A stretch of DNA of 64,000 nucleotides from Camelus ferus (Eukaryota): assembly GCF_009834535.1 (NCBI RefSeq), contig NC_045697.1, positions 23,748,001 through 23,812,000 on the forward strand. The letters are read 5' to 3'. The notes beneath the pieces are model-generated. The model saw only the letters and a list, made by a program, of their open reading frames with translations. It did no database searches and had not been told where the DNA came from. Shown piece by piece: positions 50,842 through 62,600 of the stretch (position 1 is its first letter; each line of letters opens with the position of its first letter). The position numbers were made by a program, and so were the translations under genes.

Positions 50842-51498
50842 CATTAGAGGAGGCAGATAGCTAGATATGAGCAGAGAAAGGGAGACACAGGCCAAATGGC
50901 AGGAATTGGGGAGAAAGGAGGGGGCACAGGCCAAATGCAAGAAACCACACATCAGGTAAGCATCAGGGGTCCCTGGGCAGAGAAAGAAAAGCAGGAACCT
51001 CTGGGCTGATAAGCGTTCATACATTTTGGGGTGACAAGTGTCCTGAAGGCCAACAAAGAAAGGTAGGAGAAGGCAGGGATCTCCAGTGTTCGAATGTAAC
51101 CTTTTGTTCATCATGCTCTTCTTTCAATAAAACTAGCCTTTCAGATTAGAAGTACCATCATGCAATGATACCATGACACTTTCCATCCAGACTAAATAAA
51201 GATAAAAATCCCTCCTCCCTTTGGGAAGGTGGAATTGGGGTGAAAATCAGAGAATACGACCCCAAACCCTTCCCTCCCCAATGAATATGCCACCTATTCA
51301 TTTTTATACTTTATGTAACCAACTTGCCAAAGAAACTCAGGGCAGCTGCTCCCCTGAGCCTGCCAGCTCTCCCCTTGAGAGTGTACTATCCATCCCTTGA
51401 TAAATCCTCACTTTTCTTTCTTAACCTCTGCATTTTGTCTCTGAATTCTTTCTGGGATGGGACAGGAACCTGGACACTGGCTGCATCTACCAGCAACA
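50842..51498 (+). mobile_element. ERV1-type solo LTR, 657 bp
   Basis: 4-bp TSD AGAA (50838-50841 and 51499-51502). 3' end CTGAATTCTTTCTGGGATGGGACAGGAACC...GCAACA. The 5' end reads CA instead of TG. U3 repeat ACAGGCCAAATG x2. Confidence 0.82.
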
Positions 51499-51670
51499 AG
51501 AATACTAATAAATGTACAGATACATAATTTATTACTTAAATAAACTACCAAAATACCCCCAAAGTGAAATAATTTCTACTAGTTTACATTAGAAAAAGCA
51601 ATGAAAAAGATGAGGTTTACCCATGGAAGTAGATATTTGAAATACGAGGAAATTCAAGCATTTTAGAGAT

Positions 51671-52252
51671 TGTGAAACAGAGAGTTTTTTGTTGCTTTTT
51701 TGCTCTAAGGAAATAAAAGAAGACCAACCAAATAAGAAAAACAAAGGCTATTTATTCAGAACTTGGTTTAGCAAGGGAGTCAGATACTGCCACTTGTGTT
51801 TTGGCACTTGAAGAGAGGCAGAGGCATGGGGAAGCTTTAAAGTAAAAAAGGAAGACTTCAGGTATGCCCTGATCAGAGATTTAGTAGGTGGAAACTGTAG
51901 GTGCGCTAACTAGAAATGAGGCATCCTATGTCACTGATTAAGGGTCACACATTTGATTTTCCTTGGTTTGTCCTCAACTGGAAGCAGGGACAAAATTAAA
52001 AGAAGCTGTCAGTTATTAATCAAGTCCTGGACATTTTGGGCTAATTGTTATGGAAGTTATTATTTACCTCCTCAGATTGTTCCTAAAGATAGCAGTCTGA
52101 CTTCCTACAAATATAACTTACAGCAGGCTAACTTCCTGTGTTGTTTCTTGTATATAAGAGGGTTGACTTCCTAGGCAGGTGTCTGCAAGTTGTGGATCAG
52201 TGTACTATTTTTATATGTGGTTCTGCAATTTTTTGTTTGCATTAGTTTTTCA
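51671..52252 (-). mobile_element. Older ERV LTR (ERV1-like), reverse orientation
   Basis: TGTGAAAC start, GGCTATTTATTCAGAACTTG (AATAAA on minus), CTTCAGGTATGCCCTGAT, GCAGGCTAACTTCCTG, CA end. Confidence 0.65.
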
Positions 52253-53421
52253 TCTCCTTAGTTGGTTTTCTTTCTCTCCAATTAAATTCTCTCCAATTAA
52301 AAATGAGGATAGTCTAAAAGGTTGCAAGTGCTGATACTTGAAACATAAAAGTAGCTTCCCTGTGTGTGGGGGGCTGGGGGGTTTGGCTGTATCTATAACA
52401 GATTCTCGTAATGTTGACAAGTTTTCTCTCTTCACTCTAGAAAACACAATCTTTTTACAAATAAACACAGGGAGCTTTTTGGCAGTAGAAGAGTTTACAA
52501 TGGTAGGATAATACTGGACTACGTTTTTCCTGATAATAGTAGAGTTTAGATCTTTTCTTTCTTCTGTGTTTTTCTAAATTTGCAGATTGTAAGAGTACAA
52601 AAGGGGAGGCTGCCAAAAGAAGGAAGGAAGCATAATTGGATTTAACTTGCCCACTGAATTGGAAGATATTTTATTCCCAGAGGCTCTCTGAAAAGTTGTA
52701 AAATTCCAGGTTTTATGAGTCTTGATTGCTATAATTAACATATGTGAAGTCTTTAAAGTCTCTTCAGAAGCAAGTCTATCTACTGAAAACTACATTCAAG
52801 CAGCTTTTAAGTAGAGGGAAGTCTGTTCCATAGATTATAGCTCTCCATAAATGCCTGGCTATTATCAAGGTCACAAGTTGATACCTAACAGTTCACCTGG
52901 AGCATAATTTTTAATGAAATGTAGGCATTTAACTATGGGAGGAAGGGAACTACATATTCTTTTGAAAGCTAGTTCATTTCCACTCTCAGGACAACAGGAA
53001 ATCTACATATATATGTATATGATGCAAACATTACCCTTAATAAAAGTACGAAAGAAAATGCATCATTAAAAAAGGATTTGCTACCACCTCTGCAGTAAAT
53101 TCAGAATTTGGTCTTAAGAGTTTTTCAACAATATGTGGACCAGATCTAGGTAATTTACCTTATAAGAGCGAGCAATGTGTACTGAGGAGAACATTGTATT
53201 GATTTAGGAGTCAAAATGCCTAGATTTTAGTGGTCATTCTCTTATCACCTGGATAGTCTGTTCCCTTTTCTGTGAATAAAGTGATTATAGTTGAGAATTT
53301 TAAATATTCTTAAAGATTTCTGGATATTTATATTCTTAAAGAAACTTTAATCTTAAAATATTTTAATCTTAATATCTTAAAGATTCTTTCTACTATCAAA
53401 GCTGTGATTCTATAGTCTCAC

Positions 53422-53874
53422 TGTTACGGAAACGACAGGCCAGTCAAGAAACAAGCATCACTCGGAGGGTTGGAGTATTCAGATGTATTACGCCGGCGGG
53501 CTCAGAGGGGCTTCTGCTCCGAAGCTCTAAGCACCTTCAAGACTTGCACATGAGGTTTTATAGGGTAAAGTACAAGCTTGGGGTATTTGGCCAATAGGCA
53601 TGGAACAGCTTTAGCAGCATTATCATCACAAAAGTGGAGGCGGGGAGGCAGCAAACCAACATTCCAAAGCCAGATATGTATCTTCGAAAACCCAGCTGGC
53701 TAGCAAAAACACATAAACAGCAAATCAACACTAATTAACCTAGATTTACAAGTTAGTCTAGCAGAACTCAGATCAGTATTCCAATACTTAGACTTGTTAG
53801 CCCAGCCCAGCCTCTCCTTCACATTCCTAGACCTGTGAGTTATCTTGTTAGCCCAGCCTGGTTTTTCCTTCACA
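53422..53874 (-). mobile_element. Young ERV1/gammaretrovirus-like solo LTR, 453 bp
   Basis: TG...CA termini and perfect 4-bp TSD TCAC (53418-53421 and 53875-53878). TATAAAA on minus (~53556-53562), CCAAT at ~53591, AATACA poly(A) variant on minus, many intact CpGs. Confidence 0.93.
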
Positions 53875-53951
53875 TCACTTCTGCCCCTTTTTCTATTTAG
53901 CTTTGTTGATAAGAACTGAACTAAGGAAAGGCAAACAATAATACAAACACA

Positions 53952-54052
53952 GGGGAAGGGTAATAGCTCGGTGGTGGAGTGCACGCTTAGCATGCATAAG
54001 GTCCTAGGTTTGATCTCCAATACTTCCATTAAAAAATAAATACCAAAAAAAA
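53952..54052 (+). mobile_element. tRNA-derived SINE (camelid Vic-1-like)
   Basis: GGGGAAGGGTAATAGCTCGGTGGTGGAGTGCACGCTTAGCATGCATAAGGTCCTAGGTTTGATCTCCAATACTTCC (decayed A and B boxes, tRNA-Ala-like head) followed by an A-rich tail. Confidence 0.88.
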
Positions 54053-54114
54053 ATTCAAAATATAAGTTCTCTTCCCAAGAAAGTTATAATCTAGTTATGA
54101 ATATTTTATTACTG

Positions 54115-54410
54115 TACTGTCATCCCTTGGTATCCACTGGAGATTGGCTCCAAGAGCCCTATTGTATACCAAAATCTACAGATGCTCAAGTTCTAACATA
54201 AACTGACATAGTACAATGAATGCAGTTGGCCTTCTGTATCCATGTCAATAGACTCAACCAACAACAGATGAAAATTTAGATCTGCAGTTGGCTGAATTCA
54301 TTGATCCAAAATCCATGAATACAGAAGGTTGACAATATATTTATTTAAAAAACCCCACACATAAATGGACCTGTGTAGTTCAAACCCATATTGTTCAAGG
54401 GTCAACTATA
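54115..54410. mobile_element. TcMar-Tigger non-autonomous element (MER2/MER8-like)
   Basis: TACTGTCATCCCTTGGTATCC...GATTGGCTCCAAGA...ATACCAAAATCTACAGATGCTCAAGT...GTTCAAACCCATATTGTTCAAGGGTCAACTATA, with TA flanks. Confidence 0.85.
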
Positions 54411-54739
54411 TACATGTGTATACACACACTAACTTGTATTATATATACATATAGATATACATATACTGTATTTTATGTATATATACTATATACATATATA
54501 TACACACTAACTTGCATTATAACATTTGCAAGAAATATCATAATACAAAATTATATATCAAGCTCTATAAAAATATGCTCATAGAAAGAAATTCAAAGAT
54601 TTGTATTTTTCTTTAAAAATACAATAAAGGAAAGATGGATTAAGAGTACTTTCTTGTTTAGTAGATATATGAAATTAAAAGCCTTTTTGAAGGGAATGAA
54701 ATTCAATGCTTAAAATATTTATCAAAGTTTAAGTTCTGC

Positions 54740-56240
54740 AATAAATAGATATTCCTTTTTATTGCTAATTAGTATTTCATGTATTCCATTATATGAATGT
54801 ACTACAGTTTGTGTACCCATTCACTGGTTGAAGGACATCAGCTTTGTTTCTAATATTTGGCTAATATTTGTATAAAGCTGCTATACAATCTCATCAATGT
54901 ATTGTTTATACATCTCTTAAAAAGTCATTGTACTAAAGTTTATAATGTCTATTTTAAATTAGAGTCTAAGTTCAAATGGTATTATATCACTTTCTGTGTA
55001 GTTAGGAACCTGACCACAATGTTTCCCAATTCCAACTCATCTTATTTTTACTGTCACTTTTAGATATGCTAACACACAGCATATTGCTGATATTTTTTTG
55101 CATTAGGCAATTATCTTTTAGAGCTTTAAATTAAAAAAAAAAAAATAAACCCACAGTAATGAACTTTCCTTTCCTTTACATCATTTTCAATGCTATTTAT
55201 TTCTTTGCAGGGTCCCATGTTTAAGTCTACTATATCATTTCTAGTTGAAAAACATACTTTAACTCTTTTAATTTCCTTAGCTTTTGTTTGAGAAAGTCTC
55301 ATTTTTGAAACATATTTTTGCTTAGTAGATTATTTTGGTGTGGTAGTTTTTTTCTCCCTCCCTTTTTGGCACTTTAAAGATGTTATTCTATTTGATTGTC
55401 TTGCATGTTGTTTTTCTTTTGTCCATTTCTCAGCAATAGTTTTAGGCTACTTATTATTCAAAACTTCTTATATAAATCAATAAAAAATGTTTAAAAAAAT
55501 AAAATAACAGTATAGTAAATAAGAAAAAAAAAAACTTCTTAGATTGGTGGTAGGGGGTGAAAATTTATTTGTATTAAGCCTTATTCTTGGGCATACGTCA
55601 TGTCCCTGCATTGTAAGAGTCTAGTTTTTCAGTTCTGCTGTTTTTCTGCCACGACAGTTGTGAGTCCAGCATGTAACCCTGCCCTGCCCCAGGAGTAGAG
55701 TTTTCTCTGCAAATTTCCTCTCCTAGCTACAATCAGTTTTCAACTAAGGGCAGCAGTGATGATTGAACCCCATTTCTTTGAATGAACAGGAGAAGATGGA
55801 TCTGGATGAAGTTTCTTGCCCCTCTTACATGGCCCCTGCTGTTAACCTCCCTCAGTTCTGCACTGCAATAGAAATTCCTCAGGACTTTTTTCAGTCTTTT
55901 CTATGAATGTTTGGTGGGGTTTGTGGAGAAAGACCCTGAGATAGGTGTAGATACCCCCAAAATCCGTAGTCCTCAGACTTTCAGACTATCTCATCTGCCA
56001 ATACTTGGCATTCAAATTGTCCCTTCTTCTAGCTGCACTCTCTTTGTTGGTGCCCTGCTGTGTTTATCTCAAGTGAAAGTATGCTTCTGTCTTCTCTCTC
56101 CCTGCAGTAAATGATTATGTGGCAGTTGTTGGCTCTGCAACTTCAACTCTCTCTTGGGTTTAACAAAAGTCATGAATTTGACGGTTGTTTAGAGCCTGGG
56201 AGCCATGCTCCAGCTCTGTACATCCTGGACAGGAAGCCAG
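54740..56240 (-). mobile_element. Fragmented old L1 pieces (3' ORF2 bit at ~54740-54900; 5'-region-like at ~55600-56240)
   Basis: ATTCCTTTTTATTGCTAATTAGTATTTC...CCCATTCACTGGTTGAAGGACAT, then T-rich reverse L1-like sequence. Confidence 0.55.
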
Positions 56241-56279
56241 GTGCCATGGGCTTTTGAGAATAAAATAAGGTCATCATCA

Positions 56280-56520
56280 TCATCATCATCTATACTTACA
56301 AGTTGAATACTGTTCTAAGTACTTTACAGCTTCATCTCACTTACTGACATAGTAATACTATGAAGTAGATAATTAGAGTATTTCTATTTTCCAGATAAAA
56401 TAAGGGATGCACATAGAGAATATTTCACTTGTCCAAATTGTTACAAGAATAGAAATTTAATTATTAAAGTACTGACCCCACTGCTTACACCATTAAGCCT
56501 TAAAACTCTGGTTTCTATCT
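56280..56520 (-). mobile_element. MIR SINE
   Basis: TACTGTTCTAAGTACTTTACA...CTATTTTCCAGATAAAA...CACTTGTCCAA. Confidence 0.6.
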
Positions 56521-57736
56521 TATGAGGGAGCATGTGAAAGCATCTAAGAGAGTTTATGGCTACATTCAGTAAATACTCAGAAAATATTTTCATCATTTCT
56601 GTTCTTTGTTCCAGGTCCTTGCTGACATGTATTGTCATCTTAAAAATGCCAAAGTCCATCAAAAGTAATTCTAGTTTTTTTGCAAGTCTTTCCAATAAGT
56701 GCTTTTTTTTTTTTTTAACACTGTCACATTGTGACACATTTTATTCAGCAGCTTGAGCATTTTAGTTCACAAATAGAATCTAAGTTATTATTGATTTCTA
56801 TGTCCCTTTCTTAGGGGGAAATAAGCTTTCCAACCTGTGTTTATTTTTAGAGGTTAATAATCAGATTGAGTGGTTAATGGGGATGCTTCCTTCTTGTGGT
56901 TACTGTGCACAGAGCTGAAGCTTCCGGACATTTAGGAAGGTGTCCATTGTAAGGGTATGCTATTTCCCCTTTAGAAGTTAAGAGCTGAGTATAAAGCAAT
57001 AGAGAAATAAATATTCTGTGGGTATTTATAGGAGCTACATTATGCAATTTTGACCTAAGATATTTCCCAGAAAAATAACTCAATCTTACACTGATCATTT
57101 ATAAAGGCTTAGACTGGCCTCTTGAAACCACACATCTGTGACATTGATATTTTTAATTTCCTTTTGTTTGTTTAATTTCCTAACCCTATCATTGTCAAGC
57201 ACCAACTGGTCACTGGGAAGAAATGCAGGTTGAAGCAATTTACTCTGAAACTATTTTAAGAGGCCCCCTCTTGATCTAATCATAATTCCTGACATTTTCC
57301 CCTAGAAAAAGGCTGTCTTCAGATCTTGTCATAGGATAAAACTCTTAAAAATTCTTATTAGAACATTGTTCAATTTTAAACCTTTTGAGACACAATGGAC
57401 TTTGATTAATTAATAAGCTAATGGACTCCAATCATTTCTTTATTCATTTTAACAATCAATGCATGGACTTCCAACTTTGATTTGAGTGGCTTTTCTCATA
57501 AATATGCCAATCTTATGGTTACCCTTTTTATTTCAGAGCATTCTTTTGTTTTATGCATTTTTCTTCTTAATGCCTCATTTTTTTTTTCTTTAAACTTTAG
57601 GACAATTTACATGAAATTTTATTCTCAAGGATTTCTTACCTAAAAATCACTTGCCCAAATCTAAACAATCATTTCATTTATATTCTATAGCTATTTTATG
57701 TAGAATACAAAGATTATTTAATATTTTTAAGAACAC

Positions 57737-58362
57737 TTACGGGGGGGAGCAGAGTTCCAAGGTAATCCCAAACTACACTCGGCTTTGTATACTCTCTTCC
57801 TCTTGCGTGGGTGGAACCTAAGAATATCAAGAGATACCACTCCTTGTGATTATGTTACCTTCTATGGTAAAAGGGATTTTTCAGATATAATTAATGTTCC
57901 AAAGTTTTAAGATAGGGAGATTATGCATGTGAGCCTGACCTAATCATCTGATCCCTTTAATCTAGGTCTAGAGGTCAGAGATGGAGGAAATCAGAAATTC
58001 AAAGTCCAAGAAGGATCTGATGTGCCTTTGCTGGCTTGAAGATTTTGGGTGCCACATGGCAGGGGATGCAGACAGCCTCTAGGAGTTAAGAGTGACTTCT
58101 GGCTGAAGATTAACAAGGAAATTGGAGCCACCCGGTCCTTTAAACACAAGAAACTGAATTCTGCTAACAAGAATGAGCTTGGATTCTGAATTTCACCCCA
58201 GAGCCTCCAGACAGGCGCTCAGCTTAATTTCAACCTGGTGAGCAGAGAACCCAGTAATGTCATGCAGGATTCCTATCCTACAAAACTTTGAGTTCATAAA
58301 TGTCTGCTGTTTTAAGCTATTAAATTGTGGTAAATTACTATACAGCAATAGAAAGTTAGTCT
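57737..58362 (+). mobile_element. MLT1E-like MaLR LTR
   Basis: ATGGTAAAAGGGATTTTTCAGATATAATTAA...TGCTGGCTTGAAGAT...AAACTGAATTCTGCTAACAA...TGCTGTTTTAAGCTATTAAATTGTGGTAA...CAGCAATAGAAA. Confidence 0.9.
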
Positions 58363-59689
58363 ATCTTGATTCTTCTTATGTTATGCTGAATGTTTCTTTG
58401 CCTCATTCTCTTCTTCCTACAGTTAATGACACCTATGTCCTTGTTACCTGGAAATTTAATTACTTAAAAGAAAAATGCATCCATTAAAGCATCTAAGTCA
58501 AATAGCTATTACATAGGTCATAAATTTACCTCATGGAAGAAGGATCTATTCAGAGCCTATAGACATATATTGCCTATTTTAATAAACATGTTTATCTCAT
58601 ACTTTCTAGTCTGTAAGAATCAAAAGTTGATTATAAAGGAAAGTACACTGAAAAGTAAAAGCAAAAATTTCATAGTGATAAAAAAAATAGAACTTTGAAA
58701 AACAAATATAAGAGCCACAAAATTGTAGTTTGAAGTCACTAATTCTCAGTTATGCTAATTTTAAGAAATGTAAGGAGTGTTTGCTAAGCAATGGGTGGGT
58801 TTACTCTAATTCCCCAGGTGGATAGGGAAGATTAAACCTAGAGATGAAAAAAGTTCTTACTTGTTAAAAGGGATTATAAGAATATCCTATCTAGCAAGGA
58901 CTCTGAAGGCATATGGAGAGCCATCATAGGAAATAAATCTTTGTTGATTTTAGCCTTTGGAATTTTGGAACAGTTTATTATGCTACCATAGGATAACTTA
59001 AGTCTGTCCTGACTAAATATGCTCCTTCTCCAGTCTTTTTCATTTTAATTTAGTGAAACTTCATTCTTCAAGTCCTTTACAGGTAAAATACTAAAATTAT
59101 CCTAGACCCTTCTCCTTCTTTTATTATCAAATATTCATCATTGCATCCATAACTAATCTATTGATTCTATCTTCAAATATATCCACTTCTTCCCATTTAT
59201 TACTCTACCTTGATTTAAGCATACTGAGCCTAATTATCCCTTACCTCGATTACATTAGTCTTCAAACTGCTTTTTATAAAGGCTGACTCAGTAGCCTTCC
59301 TTAGGAAATGTGTATTTCGTTAATCTATCATAAAATTCAGTATGGGATCATTCCATAAATAAAATTTGTACTTTCACCATGCAAGACTTTTTAACATGAG
59401 ATATATTTCTAGAATTAAGAGTGCTTACCTATGATATGAGAAAGCACCTCATTTCCAGTGGTTTCAAAACAGAAGAACATGACTTATGCTAGCTCATCAG
59501 GTAAACTCAGCAGACATAAAATCAATTTTATTAATGTAAGTTTCTTTTAAAAAGGAATAATAAATATGAAAGGAGACAGGCAAAAAGAATCCTGCTGTGT
59601 TGAATTAGAATCAGAAGTGTTAGTATTAATTTACAATTCATAAATGTGTATATTTCCTAAGTGCTAAAAGCAGAGAAAGGGTCAAAAAA

Positions 59690-60000
59690 TCAATGACTCC
59701 AAAAAAAGGAGCACATTTAGCACACTGATTCATTTTAAAATATTATCTCCTACTACAAGGAACCAAGATCCTTAGAGAAATGGTCATTTCCAGTACCAAG
59801 GCAGGGAAAAAACATAGTGAACCCAAAATGTATTATTGTACCAGAGAGAAAGAACTCAAAAACTTGAGAGTACATGCCAAAAGAAGAGAGACACCAACTT
59901 GAATGGGCTTCATTGGCCAACTTAGGAGCAATATGAGCATAAAATCAATAATAGCAGTGACTGAGTATAACATATATGTCAAGTATACAATATAGCCTCT
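59690..60000 (+). mobile_element. Old L1 (L1ME/L1MD-like) 3'UTR fragment
   Basis: GATCCTTAGAGAAATGG...AAGGCAGGGAAAAAACATAGTGAACC...GGGCTTCATTGGCCAA. Confidence 0.5.
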
Positions 60001-60829
60001 AAAATATTTGAAGGGATCATACCTGAATTTACACTGAACCACACTCAAATAATTCAAATGAGAAGATTTCAATAAAGGAACTATTTAGGAAGTAAGAACA
60101 AGTCTGAAGGAACCAAGAAGAGAAGCTAAGGCCCCAGGAATCAATAGGAATAGAAAGGACTGAATGGGCCAGGGGAGGGACTGGTGTTACTTAGAACCTG
60201 GTGAAAGCTGGAACTCTGGAGGGTTGCTGAAGCTTAGAAGGTTTCTGAAACAGTGAGAGAGTGGCAACCTCTCTATTCTGCTCACTTATATCTAGGCTGG
60301 CATCTATTATTAGCCCCACTGGCCAGAGTGTTCAGGTGATACTTCCATAAGAGTCAGTCTGCTTAGCTGGGCAGAGTAGAGACAGCATCTGGTAGAGCAA
60401 ATATACAACAGTGGCACAATATCATCCCTTTCTGAAAAATCTCAGCTAGCTGGAAATTACAATGTAGTCTATTTCCAGAATTTGATTCAAAATTTCCTTC
60501 CTAAGTCACCTTAATTCTGTTTTATTGTCAGCCCAATTACTTCTATCCCTGGAATATGACAAAAAATTCTCATTGATTGGCATGCAAAGTCCTTCCATTT
60601 GTTCAAATATCTCTTATGATAACTATTTTAAGGAATGTTTCTAAGAGTCTACTCTTTAATCTACTGTTGCAATAATATCCAACAGATCTCAGATTCCTCT
60701 TGACCTAATGATACTTTTTTCTTTCTTTCTACATGACACAAAAAGAAAAATGGAGAGAAAAACAGTGTGATTGCTGAAGGCATTAAAACTTCAGAATTAG
60801 TTCAATAAGAAGCATGCAATTTCCACTTC

Positions 60830-62600
60830 ACTCTTACAGAAATGTGAAATATTCTTTTGCATCATCGTTTTTCCCTCTCTGCTGTGTCATTTTCATCAGC
60901 ATAAAAACATATTTAAAAATCACTCATCTTAGAAAAGAGAGAAAAAACTCTCATTGACCCTAACCCTTCTTTAGATATTTCTTCTTTTATATCAAAACTC
61001 TTAAAATCACTGTCACAATATCCTTTCTTGAATTTTTCTCTTAGCCTGTTGCAACTGAGCATTTTTTTATTACCACTTTACAGAAAAATTCCCTTTTAAA
61101 GTTATCAATAACCTCCATACTACTAAGTCCAGTGGTGGAGTTCAATTTCATTATTATCAGCATTAAGCATAAATGATTACTCACTCATTCCTGAATTATT
61201 TTATTCCCTTGGCTTCTGGAACAACATTTTCTCTTGGTTTCCCTCCTACCTTTCTCAGTGGATACACTTTTTTCAGTTTTTTCACTTGTTCTCCTTCACC
61301 CTCCTGACCACTCGTCTTTGTGTTTCATGGCTTTGGCCTAGTACTGTTCTCTATGTATATTTGATTCCCAAGACTATGGCTTTAAATACTTAATTCTGAT
61401 CCAGATCACTCCCCTAAACTCATCTAGGCAACTCTGTATTTCGTATCATTAGCTGGATATCTAACCGGACTTATAAACTTGGTACACTTAAATTTAAATA
61501 TCTTCTGAAGAACCCCCAATGTTATTTACTAAATATGTGTAGTCTACACCTTTCATGCACATGGTAAACGTATATCTCTAGCCCCTTTTAAAATATAAAT
61601 GTGGGCATGTCACCCGCTTTGGCAAATGAAGTATTGAGCCTAAGTTATGAGTTTTACTTCTGGGAACAAGCTTTATGATTTAGTGCATGATTCAATGTGT
61701 TTCCTGACCTATGCCATGGTGATTGTTAAATCACATGTCAACATGGAGTCTTAGTCAGCCTGGGCCCCTCAGGGGTTCTGACATACAAAGCTTTTGTTGT
61801 TAATTTTCTCTGGACATTTGTCATAGCTGTCAATGGATTTTCATTGCTTATTAGCACCTGAATTTGGAGTTGTTTGTTATCACAGCATACCTTAGCCTAT
61901 ACTGTCTGTACACTTTCCTAAATGTGCTTCTTCTCGTCTTCTTCATTTTAATTTGATGCAACTTTATCTTCCAGATAGGCCTAAAATCTTGAATTTATCC
62001 TAGACTCTTCTTTCTCACTCACATTCCACATCAAATCCATCACCAAAAAATGTTGTTTCTATCTTTAAACTTTGTCCGCTCCTCACTATATACTGCTCCA
62101 TCCAGATTTAAATAACTATAGCCCCACTATCGTTTGCCTGGATATTTACAATAGCCTCCAAACTATTTACAATAGCCTTCATCCCTCTCTGTGTCCTTAA
62201 AATATGTTCTCAACTGTATAACCAGGAGTCTTTCAAATACAGGTCATATAATGTCACTCATTGATCAAAACCCTCCAATGACTTTCTGTCTCAAGGAGAG
62301 GAAAAGGCACATGGCCTTCTTGTCGTCCCTTTAGCATGTACCAAGTGTGCTCTCTCCTCAAATATTTTCATTTCCCAATCTCTCTACTTGATATATTTCC
62401 CCTGACTCTTTCTTTATTTGGGACTCATCAATGAATCTTTCAACATACGTAACAGCAACTTCTCCCACTTTCTAAACTCCTCATAGTCTTTCTTCTGCTT
62501 TATTTTCTTCCATGGCATTTATACAACCTGACATCTTACTTATGTATTATTTTGTATTGTCTCCCGCAGTAAAATATAAGTATTTTCAGAATAGGGCAAT
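60830..62600 (+). mobile_element. L2 LINE interrupted by an old MLT1-type LTR (~61530-61910)
   Basis: L2 motifs CCCTTGGCTTCTGGAACAACATTTTCTCTTGGTTTCCCTCCTACCTT and CCACATCAAATCCATCACCAA. Nested LTR motifs GGGCATGTCACCCGCTTTGGCAAATGAA...GTTGTTTGTTATCACAGCATACCTTAGCCTAT. Confidence 0.8.

Noticed and set aside
49970..51498. The two + strand LTRs as paired ends of one provirus
   Set aside because: The LTRs are not homologous, the second has its own TSD, and the spacer is AT-rich host-like DNA with no PBS or PPT.
53290..53395. Recurrent TCTTAA(A) motifs as a structured array
   Set aside because: Irregular AT-rich low-complexity slippage with no consistent period.
53952..54030. tRNA gene
   Set aside because: Decayed boxes, no proper cloverleaf, and an A-rich tail; it is a tRNA-derived SINE.
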